Shown one piece after another: positions 1 through 10,407 of a stretch of DNA of 64,000 nt; the stretch's first letter is position 1, and each line of letters opens with the position of its first letter. The notes beneath the pieces were generated by a model. That model did no database searches and had not been told where the DNA came from. It worked only from the letters and a program-made list of their open reading frames with translations. The position numbers were made by a program, and so were the translations under genes. Source of the stretch: Callorhinchus milii (taxonomy: Eukaryota); assembly GCF_018977255.1 (NCBI RefSeq), contig NW_024704836.1:62001-126000 (forward strand). Direction: 5' to 3'.

Positions 1-525
1 GGTTGGGTTGATGTTGGTGATCTCCAGGGTGGAGTTCATGTTGTCCGGTGTCTTGGTAATGTTGTAGCCGGATTTAAACTTGTCCTCATATTCGGTTGAG
101 TATCGGTTATATCCGATCAATGTGAGGCCTCCCTGATGGGGTTGGATGTACCAGAGCATTGTATTGTCAGTACTGGCAGTATTGTCCTGGTGACAATTCA
201 AACTCACTGTCTCCCCCTCTCTGGCTGTGACTGTCCGCGGCCTCTGAGTCACAAAAACTCCCAGTGACAGACCTGCAAAGACAATATAACAATGAGATCC
301 CTCCAACAGGGAATCTGGGCTGAATGTCCTGGGGGGTGTTCAATGGATTACGCACACACCAACAGGGGAATCATCATGGACAGCAATGGAGGCCGGGGCA
401 GTGGGGAGGGGAGGTTATGAAATCCCTGTGGATTTGAGCGTTTACGGGGATGAGAGAGATGTTGAGAGATACTCACAGGGCCAGAGGATGGAGATCAGAG
501 AGACAGTGAGAAAGGACAGACTCAT
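1..525 (-). CDS. V1, TCR-like V segment, 3' end cut by window edge (leader 477-525, V exon 272->1); CDR1 CHQDNTASTDNTM, CDR2 YNRYSTEY
   Basis: Leader ATG at 525, GTGAGT donor, TTTGCAG acceptor at 273, open V frame with Cys and WY motif. Confidence 0.88.
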
Positions 526-1143
526 TGTTGGCAGAAACTTGGATTAACATTGGAAACCTCACACCTCAGTTCTCTCTTCCTCCCTCTTTATCCTCACACG
601 CGGTCACACACTGTATCTCACACTCTTTTTATGTCTCACATCGACTCTCTCTCTCTCTCTGACTTTTTTTTGTGGACTGACGCTCTGACGGATTGAAGGC
701 ACCAATGACACCAAAGTATTCAAAAGATATCACAACCCCCAACTCCCCCCCCACCCCCACACCCCCCACCCTGTGGGACAGGAGAGTGAATCAGTGACGC
801 TGCAGCCTCCCCTCGGGCATAGACTTGTAACTACAGAGTGCAAAATTGTTCCCAGGTTTAGATATGGAGATACACAGAAGATACGGTGGAGGAAGTTGGC
901 TCAATGGAGGCAGGAAGATGGTTAGTATTGTGTGTTTGTGTGTGTTCAACATGAGGCAGTTACTTGTGTGTTTGTGTGCGTGTGTTGGGGGTTGGGATGA
1001 GACAGAAACGAATCAGGGAAAGTTAAGCACTCGTGTTGGTGACTATGGAAGAGAAGTGTGAATGATAATTATCTGTGGAAGGCGATAGGCAGTGAGGAGC
1101 TTAATTCAATGTGATGTTGTAGATGCGGTCGGGGACCGTCTTA

Positions 1144-1473
1144 CAATATTAATAACAATAATAATCCTTGCATTTGATAAAGTGTTTTTCACGTCTTCCA
1201 GACATCTCAAAGCGCTTCACAGAAGAGACTATCAAATGAATTGACCGTATATTTGTGGGTGGAATGTGGCAGCCAATTGCGCACAGCAGCGTCCCACAAA
1301 CAAACAGTCGCGGATTGAAACGACTAATTTATCATTGTTGTTTTATTTTCAGGGATTATTATCAGGTTTGTGGAGTAGGGAAACTTGCCCGAGGTTTCAC
1401 ATCGCTGGGAATCGAACCCAGGTCTCTCGCTCGCAAAGCGAGTGCTCTAACCACTGAGCTCCAGGACTCCACA
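1144..1473 (-). mobile_element. tRNA-derived SINE with Deu-domain-like core and L2-type tail
   Basis: Minus strand: A box TGGAGCTCAGTGG, B box GGTTCGATTCCC (1407-1418), core GCTGTGCGCAATTGGCTGCC, tail ..ATCAAATGCAAGGATTATTATT; absent from paralogous spacers at ~28822 and ~33254. Confidence 0.8.
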
Positions 1474-1951
1474 TCCTTTATTGTCCGTGTCTCAGAAGGT
1501 GTGAGAGACAGACCCACCCCATGTTTGCCGGCCATGAAGACCCATGAAGGCGCTGAGTAAACCCCAGTCCTTGTTGGCTTTGAGTTGGAGAGTCAGTGAG
1601 TTTGGGAGTCAGTGTGTGTGAGTGTGAGAGTGTCAGTGAGGCAGTGAGTGTGTGAGTGAGTCGGTGGGTGTGTGTGTTCCCTGCACTGACTGCTTTAATC
1701 GGGGACAGAGACAGAGACACAGAGGGAACAGTGTGGAGAGTGGGCGACATGGAGCCGTGGCTACTCCGGCCCTGAACCTCGATTTCTCTCTGTCTCTCAA
1801 TCGTCTGTGTTGATGGGTTTTATTTCTGCAGAGACTGAGGGCAGGTGTTGGCGGGGGAGGGGCTGGTGTGTGTGTGTGTGTATAGAATCGAGTGGTTGTG
1901 TATCCTGTGTGAGGTTTATGTACGAGAGATCTGTCTCTCTCTCACGCTGTG

Positions 1952-2479
1952 CCCTTCTCTCGCAGCGCAGTAATACACCCCCTCCTGGGTTGGGTTCATG
2001 TTGGCGATCTCCAGGGTGGAGTTCATGTTGTCCGGTGTCTTGGTCATGTTGTAGCCGGATTTAAACTTGTCCTCATATACTGTTGAGGCTTGGTTATATC
2101 CGATCAATGTGAGGCCTCCCTGATGGGGTTGGATGTACCAGAGCATTATAAAATAGTCTTTGTTATTCTGGTGACAATTCAAACTCACTGTGTCCCCCTC
2201 TCTGGCTGTGACTGTCCGCGGTCCCTGAGTCACCAAACCTCCCAGTGACAGACCTGCAAAGACAATATAACAGTGAGATCCGCCGACAGGGAATCTGGGC
2301 TGAATGTCCTGGGGAGTGTTCAATGGATTACGCACACACACAAAGCGCAATCATCGCGGACAGAGAGAGGTGTGATATGAAATCCCTGTGGATTTGAGAG
2401 TTTACGGGGATGAGAGAGATGTTGAGAGATACTCACAGGGCCAGAGGATGGAGATCAGAGAGACAGTGAGAAAGGACAT
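1952..2479 (-). CDS. V2, intact V segment (43-bp leader 2437-2479, V exon 1952-2253, 23-RSS 1913-1951); CHQNNKDYFIM / YNQASTVY
   Basis: Splice sites, Cys-Trp-YYC Ig V motifs, CACAGCG-23bp-ACATAAACC read directly. Confidence 0.92.
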
Positions 2480-3351
2480 TGTTGGCAGAGACTTGGATTA
2501 ACATTGGGAACCTCACACCAGAGCTCAGGTTCCTCTCTCTATCTGTATCTCTCTGTCTCTCCCTCTCTCTATGTCTCTGGACTGAAGCTCTGACAGAGTA
2601 AAGTCTGAACCATATCGGAAGTGGGGCCTCACCTCCCCCCAGTGATGGGAGGTGGAGCTGGGGAGGAGGGGAGGTGTCTTAGTGAAGCTACAGCCTCCCC
2701 CGGGGTATGAACTGGGTACAGCGGGTCCCAAAATTGGTTCCAAATTCAGAGATAGGGACACAGATGCATCTGGAATGCGTTGCCTGAAAGGCTGGTGGAA
2801 GCCCATTCGATAACAGCTTTCATGAGACAAGTAGATACCTATTTGGGGAGGACAAGTTTGCAGGTTATGGGGAGAGAGCGGGGGAGTGGGGTTGAATTGG
2901 AAGCTCTTTTCAAAGACCGGCACAGACACGATGAGCCGAATGGCCTCCATCTGCGCTGTATAATTCTGTGATTCTACATCGGTCTCGTGCCCCACCCACC
3001 AGTGGGGCATTGGTGGGAGGTTTGAGATGTGGGGAAAGGGAAGCCTTTTAGTGAAGTTACAGCCTCCCCCGGGGTATTGGTCAGGAACACGAGATCACAA
3101 AATTGGTCCCAGATTCAGAGACACAGAGGGAACAGTGTGGAGAGTGGGCGACATGGAGCCGTGGCTACTCCGGCCCTGAACCTCGATTTCTCTCTGTCTC
3201 TCAATCGTCTGTGTTGATGGGTTTTATTTCTGCAGAGACTGAGGGCAGGTGTTGGTGGGGGAGGGGCTGGTGTGTGTGTGTATAGAATCGAGTGGTTGTG
3301 TATCCTGTGTGAGGTTTATGTACGAGAGATCTGTCTCTCTCTCACGCTGTG

Positions 3352-3896
3352 CCCTTCTCTCGCAGCGCAGTAATACACCCCCTCCTGGGTTGGGTTCATG
3401 TTGGCGATCTCCAGGGTGGAGTTCATGTTGTCCGGTGTCTTGGTAATGTTGTAGCCGGATTTAAACTTGTCCTCATATGTGGTTGAATATTGGTTATATC
3501 CGATCAATGTGAGGCCTCCCTGATGGGGTTGGATGTACCAGAGCATCGTATAAAGGGAGCTGTCGTCCTGGTGACAATTCAAACTCACTGTCTCCCCCTC
3601 TCTGGCTGTGACTGTCCGCGGCCCCTGAGTCACCAAAGCTCCCAGTGACAGACCTGCAAAGGCAATATAACATCAGGTCATCCTGCCCACAGGGAATGTC
3701 CTGGTCTGATTCCTGTAATTACACACAAATACAAACTCACATTCACACAAACACATCCCTCATCTCAAACACAGAGAGGATTTGGATATGAAATCGCAGT
3801 GAATTTGGGAGCCTGAGGGGGATTGGGAGATGTTGAGACATACTCACGGGGCCAGAGGATGGAGATCAGAGAGACAGTGAGAAAGGACAGACTCAT
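3352..3896 (-). CDS. V3, intact V segment (leader 3848-3896, V exon 3352-3653, RSS 3313-3351); CHQDDSSLYTM / YNQYSTTY
   Basis: ORF 3316..3636, leader, alternative intron type, RSS. Confidence 0.92.
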
Positions 3897-4761
3897 TGTT
3901 GGCAGAGACTTGGATTAACATTGGGAACTTCACACCAGAGCTCAGGTTCCTCTCTCTGTCACTGTCTCTCTGTCTCTCCCTCTCTCTATGTCTCTGGAAT
4001 GAAGCTCTGGCAGAGTAAAGTCTGTACCACATCGGAAGTGGGCCTCACCTCCCCCCAGTGATGGGAGGTGGAGCTGGGGAGGAGGGGAGGTGTCTTAGTG
4101 AAGCTACAGCCTCCCCCGGGGTATGAACTGGGTACAGCGGGTCCCAAAATAGGTTCCAAATTCAGAGATAGAGACACAGATGCATCTGGAATGCGTTACC
4201 TGAAAGGCTGGTGGAAGCCCATTCGATAACAGCTTTTATGAAAGAAACAGATACCTATTTGGGGAGGACAAATTTGCAGGTTATGGGGAGAGAGCGGGGG
4301 AGTGGGGTTGAATTGGAAGCACTTTTCAAAGACCGGCACAGACACAATGAGCTGAATGGCCTCCATCTGCGCTATATGATTCTACGAATCTACATCGGAA
4401 GTGGGTCTCATGCCCCACCCACCAGTGGGGCATTGGTGGGAAGTTTGAGATGAAGCCTTTTAGTGAAGTTGCAGCCTCCCCCGGGGTATTGGTCAGGAAC
4501 ACGAGATCACTAAATTGGTCTCAGAGTCAGAGACACAGAGGGAACAGTGTGGAGAGTGGGCGACATGGAGCCGTGGCTACTCCGGCCCTGAACCTCGATT
4601 TCTCTGTCTCTCAATCGTCTGTGTTGATGGGTTTTATTTCTGCAGAGACTGAGGGCAGGTGTTGGTGGGGGAGGGGCTGGTGTGTGTGTGTATAGAATCG
4701 AGTCGTTGTGTATCCTGTGTGAGGTTTATGTACGAGAGATCTGTCTCTCTCTCACGCTGTG

Positions 4762-5293
4762 CCCTTCTCTCGCAGCGCAGTAATACACCCCCTCCTGGGT
4801 TGGGTTCATGCTGGAGATCTCCAGGGATGATTTCTTCTTGTCATTACTCTGTGTAATGTTGTAACCAGATTCAAAGCCTTTTTCATACGTTGGGTTTGAC
4901 ATAAAGGCATATCCGATCAATGTGAGGCCTCCCTGATGGGGTTGGATGTACCAGAGCATCATATCAAGGGATTTGTCGTTGTGGCTGCATCTCAAAGTCA
5001 CTGTCTCCCCCTCTCTGGCTGTGACTGTCCGCGGCCTCTGAGTCACCAAAGCTCCCAGTGACAGACCTGCAAAGACAATATAACAATGAGATCCGCCGAC
5101 AGGGAATCTGGGCTGAATGTCCTGGGGGGTGTTCAATGGATTACGCACACACACAAAGCGCAATCATCGCGGACAGAGAGAGGGTGTGATATGAAATCTC
5201 TGTGGATTTGAGAGTTTACGGGGAATTGAGAGATGTTGAGAGATACTCACAGGGCCAGAGGATGGAGATCAGGGACACAGTGAGAAAGGACAT
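4762..5293 (-). CDS. V4, intact V segment (leader 5251-5293, V exon 4762-5066, RSS 4723-4761); CSHNDKSLDMM / YAFMSNPTYEKGF
   Basis: ORF 4726..5163, leader, RSS. Confidence 0.92.
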
Positions 5294-5918
5294 TGTTGGC
5301 AGAGACTTGGATTAACATTGGGAACCTCACACCAGAGCTCAGGTTCCTCTCTCTCTCTCATATACACTCTTTCTTTAACTCTTTCTTTAACTCTTTCTTT
5401 AACACTCACACTCCCTTTCTCAGTAACTCTCCCCCTCTATCCTAAACGTTGTCTCTCTCACTTTATCTCTGTGAAGCTCTGGAAAAGGAAAGGCTCCAAT
5501 GACACCAAAGTGTCGGCACCACATCGGAAGTGACCTCTACTCCCCCCCCCCCCACCCACCTTGTGGGACATTGGTTGGAGAGGAGATGTGGGTGGGTGGG
5601 GATGTCTTAGTGAAGCTACAGCCTCCCCCAAAGTATGGCCTGGGAACAGTTGCTCATAAAATTAGTCGTTGGTTCGGAGACGTAGAGTGAACAGTGAGGA
5701 GAGTGGGTGACATGGAGCCGTGGCTACTCCGGCCCTGAACCTCTATTTCTCTCTGTCTCTCAATCGTCTGTGTTGATGGGTTTTATTTCTGCAGAGACTG
5801 AGGGCAGGTGTTGGCGGGGGAGGGGTTGGTGTGTGTGTGTGTGTGTGTATAGAATCGAGTGGTTGTGTATCCTGTGTGAGGTTTATGTACGAGAGATCTG
5901 TCTCTCTCTCACGCTGTG

Positions 5919-6467
5919 CCCTTCTCTCGCAGCGCAGTAATACACCCCCTCCTGGGTTGGGTTCATGTTGGTGATCTCCAGGGTGGAGTTCATGTTGTCA
6001 GGTGTCTTGGTAATGTTGTAGCCGGATTTAAACTTGTCCTCATATTCGGTTGAGTATCGGTTATATCCGACCAATGTGAGGCCTCCCTGATGGGGTTGGA
6101 GGTACCAGAGCATCGTAATGTCAGTACTGGCAGTATCGTCCTGGTGACAATTCAAAGTCACTGTCTCCCCCTCTCTGGCTGTGACTGTCCGCGGCCTCTG
6201 AGTCACCAAAGCTCCCAGTGACAGACCTGCAAAGACAATATAACAATGAGATCGCTCCAACAGGGAATCTGAGCTGAATGTCCTGGGGGGTGTTCAATGG
6301 ATTACGCACACACCAACAGGGACAGCAATGGAGGCCGGGGCGGTCGGGATGGGAGGATATGAAATCCCTGTGGATTTGAGAGTTTACGGGGATGAGAGAG
6401 ATGTTGAGAGATACTCACAGGGCCACAGGATGGAGATCAGAGAGACGGTGAGAAAGGACAGACTCAT
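5919..6467 (-). CDS. V5, intact V segment (leader 6419-6467, V exon 5919-6226, RSS 5880-5918); CHQDDTASTDITM / YNRYSTEY
   Basis: ORF 5883..6260, leader, RSS; same protein as V30. Confidence 0.92.
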
Positions 6468-7134
6468 TGTTGGCAGAGACTTGGATTAACATTGGGAACC
6501 TCACCCCTTAGTTCTCTCTCTCTCTTCATCCTAACACATTTGCGCACACACTGCTTTTCTCTCTCATATCAACGCCCTCTCTCACTCTGACTCTCTCTCT
6601 CTGTCTGTGGACTGCAGCTCTGGCAGATTGAAGGTACCAATGACACCAAAGTATTCGAACTACAGCACAAGAACTCCTCCGCCCCCCCCCCCCCCCCCCC
6701 GTTCCCTGGGGTATTGGTGAGTGAATCAATGAGGCTATAGCCTCCCCTAGAGCACGGACTGGTAACTGCAATCTATCGCTGAGATTTCCTTGTGTAGTTG
6801 AGATGAATGGAAATCCCAGCTTCATTTGCATACTCTTAAACATGATGGTTAGTTTCCACATGTGTCAAGACACACGGCCGACCAAAATTTATACCCCTGG
6901 ATGTTTCTGTTTGAAACTCCCTGAAGATCCAAAGATATAGTTTTCAGTGCATTATCAGACACTTCATGTTGCCTTTGCCGAGGAACTAATTCAGTATCAA
7001 ATTGAAAAATAACATTCAAATCTTAGCCGTGCTGCACATAATCCACCTAAACCGGACTGATATCACTGAGGAAGAACAAAGCTGGTTATTGCTTGAGCAT
7101 TTGCCTCACCAGCAAATCAACAATTCATACAACA

Positions 7135-7575
7135 ACAAGATTTCATTTATAGAGCGCCTTTCACGTCGAGAGGACGTCCCAAGGCGCTGGACAGTTGGGT
7201 CAGGACCCGAGCATTGGGGGGAAATGGTCAGGGTGAGGGGAGGGAAGGGAGGGAGCGAGGAGGGGGAAGAGAGTCGAGAGGGGAGCTGAAGGCTCGGTCA
7301 AAGAGAGAGGTCTTGAGACCGGCCTTCAAGGAGGAAAGGGAGGAGGCGGCGAAGGCACTGGGGGATAGAGTTCCAGAGCTTCGGGGCTGAGAGCCTGAAG
7401 GCCCGGCCCCGATGGTAGGGCGGTTGGGGCGGGGGATGTGGAGCAGACCGGAGCCAGAGGAACGGAGGGTACGGGCAGGTAGGTAGGGGGATAGTAATTC
7501 GGAGAGGTAGGAGGGAGCGAGGCCGTGAATGGCCTTGTAGGTGAGGACGAGGATCTTGAATTCAAGACGATGTTC
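7135..7575 (-). mobile_element. L2 LINE 3' fragment (duplicate ~45086-45526)
   Basis: FKILVLTYKAIHGLAPSYLSELL..YLPARTLRS is the typical L2 ORF2 C-terminus, followed by a GGCGCTCTATAAATGAAAT tail. Confidence 0.85.
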
Positions 7576-8105
7576 ATTCAAACCTATATTCATGGAATAA
7601 ATGATCGCCTCATTTTAGAAGCAATTCTGGAAACAACATCAAGAGGTAAGAGAGCAATATTCAACTCAAACTACTTAGCTTCCCTTTATTCAATCTTTGC
7701 AAGTTTTGACCCCATGAGGGAGCCAAGGATATTACACCACTAATACCCCGGGCTGCAGAGGTGATTCTGCCGTAATATAGGGGTAAACAAAGACATAGAG
7801 CAAATCTATCAGCAGTTAAGTTTTATGCTGAACCATGCAGAGGGTTGCCTGGCGCGCACAGATAGTTTGTGTACAGCAAGTTCTAATACCCAAACTGACC
7901 TCTTCCCGAGGATATTCCCATCCTGATATTCTCTGTGCAGCACGGGGTACGAGAACCCTTGGATCTGACTGTCCCGATCCATGCTGGTCTGCAGCTCGAT
8001 CAGTAAATACTGTCTTACATTCATTCCAGTCGTTTGTCCTGATCCGATACAAAGCTTCTCCCTCTGCCCTGGTGGAGATTTGGTCTCTGGTGTAAGAGAT
8101 GATCC

Positions 8106-8443
8106 TAATAATAACATGCCTTGCATTTGATATAGCGCTTTGATGTAACATCTTCTCGACCTCTCAAAGCGCTTCACAGAGTATACTGTAAAGTGAATTG
8201 ACTGTATGTTTGTGGGTATACAGCAGCCGATTGAGCACAGCAACATCTCACAAACATTCGTGGGTTCAGTTACCAAATTATTATTCTTTTAAGGATTATT
8301 ATCACCGCTAAAGCAATCCGTTAATCAACTGGCAACCGGGTGCCTAGTTACTGCTCGGTAAACAGAGGCGCGTGGAGAAAAGAAACTTGCCCAATATTTC
8401 GCCCTTCAGAGGCGAGTGCTCTAACCCACTGAGCTACAGACTC
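8106..8443 (-). mobile_element. Diverged copy of the same Deu-type SINE (duplicate ~46057-46394)
   Basis: Similar head (GAGTCTGTAGCTCAGTGG..AGAGCACTCGCC), core and tail to 1144-1473. Confidence 0.75.
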
Positions 8444-9279
8444 ACAATAGCTTCTTGGGAGGTGGTTAAACACCCCAGGTGTCTGAGTGAGGGGGGGAGG
8501 TGAAATAGGGGGAGAGGGGGGAGAGGTGAATGAGGTGAGGGAGGAGGACAAGTTCAATGATGAAGGGGACAAGATCTGAAGGTAGAAGACAGATGTTTGG
8601 TCAGCCAGGGCGAAGAAACACACACCCACACACACACTGACCAACTCACTCACCTATTTACTGACTCACTTGCACTCTCAGACTCAAACTCACTGACTCA
8701 CACACATTCACCGACTCTCACGTTCGTTGACTGGAAGTCAACAAGGCCTCAGAGCCTCCATGGCTGGGTCGTATCTCGGAGCTTCTGTCCAACGGTGGGC
8801 AACAATGGCGGAAACAGAAAGTGACCAGCCAGATATAGGAAGTGAGCACCGGGAAACAGGTGTTTGCAGCCAGGAAACGGGAAGCGAGACTGGAAAACAG
8901 GACGTAAATAGCCAGCAACCAGAAGAGCACAGACAGGAAACTAGAATTGAGGCTGGGAGACAGGAAGTTGGTACTAATTTTGCTGTCTGTAGTTACCAGT
9001 CCGTCCCCTAGTGGAGGCTATGGCCTCATTGACTCACTCTCCCATTCCCACAGGGGGTGGGTTCTTTTGCTGTAGTTCGAATACTTTGGTGTCATTGGTG
9101 TCTTCAAACTGCCAGAGCTTCAGTCCACAGACAGAGAGAGAGTCAGACTGAGAGAGGCCATTGATCTGAGAAATAAAAGGAGTGTGTGTGAGACACAGTG
9201 TGTGCATACATACATACAGAGACAGAGAAGGACAACTGAGGTGTGAAGTTCCCATTGTTAATCCAAGTCTCTGCCAACA

Positions 9280-10027
9280 ATGAGTCTGTCCTTTTACACT
9301 GTCTCTCTGATCTCCATCCTCTGGCCCTGTGAGTATAACTCAACATTAATAATAATAATCCCTCCAAAAAACCAAAAACAATAATTAAATTGGTCATTTT
9401 CAATCTACGACTGTTTGTGGGACATTGCTGTGCGCAATTGGCTGCCGCGTTCGCCCACAAATATACAGTCAATTCACTTTACAGTGTGTTCTGTGAAGCG
9501 CTTTGGGACGTCCTCCCGACGTGAAAAGCACTATATCAAATGCAAGGATTATTATTATTATATTATTATCTCTCACTTCCCCTCAGGCTCTAAGTACACT
9601 GGGATTACATGCGCGCTCTCCCTATCCGCGATGATCGCGCTTTGTGTGCGTAATTCATTGAACACCCCCCAGGACATTCAGCCCAGATTCCCTGTCGGCG
9701 GATCTCACTGTTATATTGTCTTTGCAGGTCTGTCACTGGGAGCTTTGGTGACTCAGTGGCCGCGGACAGTCACAGCCAGAGAGGGGAGACAGTGAGTTTG
9801 AATTGTCACCAGGACGACAGCTCCCTTTATACGATGCTCTGGTACATCCAACCCCATCAGGGAGGCCTCACATTGATCGGGTACAATGAACACTCAACCA
9901 TATATGAGGACAAGTTTAAATCCGGCTACAACATTACCAAGACAACTAATAGAATGAACTCCACCCTGGAGATCTCCAGCATGAACCCAACCCAGGAGGG
10001 GTGTATTACTGCGCTGCGAGAGAAGGG
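9280..10027 (+). pseudogene. V6, V segment with two 1-G deletions in G runs (leader 9280-9328, V exon 9728-10027, RSS 10028-10066); probably sequencing error
   Basis: Duplicate V31 is intact and differs in the exon by homopolymer length. Confidence 0.7.
9345..9568 (+). mobile_element. 5'-truncated Deu-type SINE inside the V6 intron (duplicate ~47296-47519)
   Basis: TTGCTGTGCGCAATTGGCTGCCGCG..AAGCGCTTTGGGACGTCC..GTGAAAAGCACTATATCAAATGCAAG(ATT)n. Confidence 0.8.
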
Positions 10028-10407
10028 CACAGCGTGAGAGAGAGACAGATCTCTCGTACATAAACCTCACACAGGATACACAACGACTCGATTCTATACA
10101 CACACACACCAGCCCCTCCCCCGCCAACACCTGCCCTCAGTCTCTGCAGAAATAAAACCCATCAACACAGACGATTGAGAGTCAGAGAGAAATCGAGGTT
10201 CAGGGCCGGAGTAGCCACGGCTCCATGTCGCCCACTCTCCACACTGTTCCCTCTGTGTCTCTGAATCTGGGACAATTTAGTGATCTCGTGTTCCTGACCA
10301 ATACCCCGGGGGAGGCTGTAACTTCACTAAAAGGCTTCTCTTTCCCCACATCTCAAACCTCCCACCGATGCCCCACTGGTGGGTGGGGCACGAGACCCAC
10401 TTCCGAT

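Noticed and set aside
1400-1470. tRNA gene
   Set aside because: It has A/B boxes but continues into a SINE core and tail; no proper cloverleaf is evident.
1807-2064. Recurrent antisense and spacer ORFs (MLMGFISAETEGR.., MGKGKPFSEVT.., MSLSLNLEPILGP.., MWCRLYSVR..)
   Set aside because: They recur only because the unit is repeated; lengths and frames vary freely, and they overlap V antisense strands, microsatellites or CR1 remnants.
1916-2350. ORF-track N-termini such as MRFVCVRNPLNTPQDIQPRFPVGGSHCYIVFAG preceding V domains
   Set aside because: Intron read-through; the true N-terminus is the spliced leader exon with clear GT/AG sites.
2437-2479. 6-bp shorter leader (MSFLTV..) in V2, V4, V12/37, V24 and V29 as a defect
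   Set aside because: It is in frame and keeps the hydrophobic core; it is only another exchanged polymorphism.
2995-3020. CCACCAGTGGGGCA as a CTCF site; CCCCGGGG as an EBF site
   Set aside because: Both mismatch the core consensus, and their recurrence is explained by array homogenisation.
7809-8276. 155-aa minus-strand ORF and 8348-9011 ORFs as novel genes
   Set aside because: They start in SINE or low-complexity sequence, show no recognisable domain, and have no splice or promoter support.
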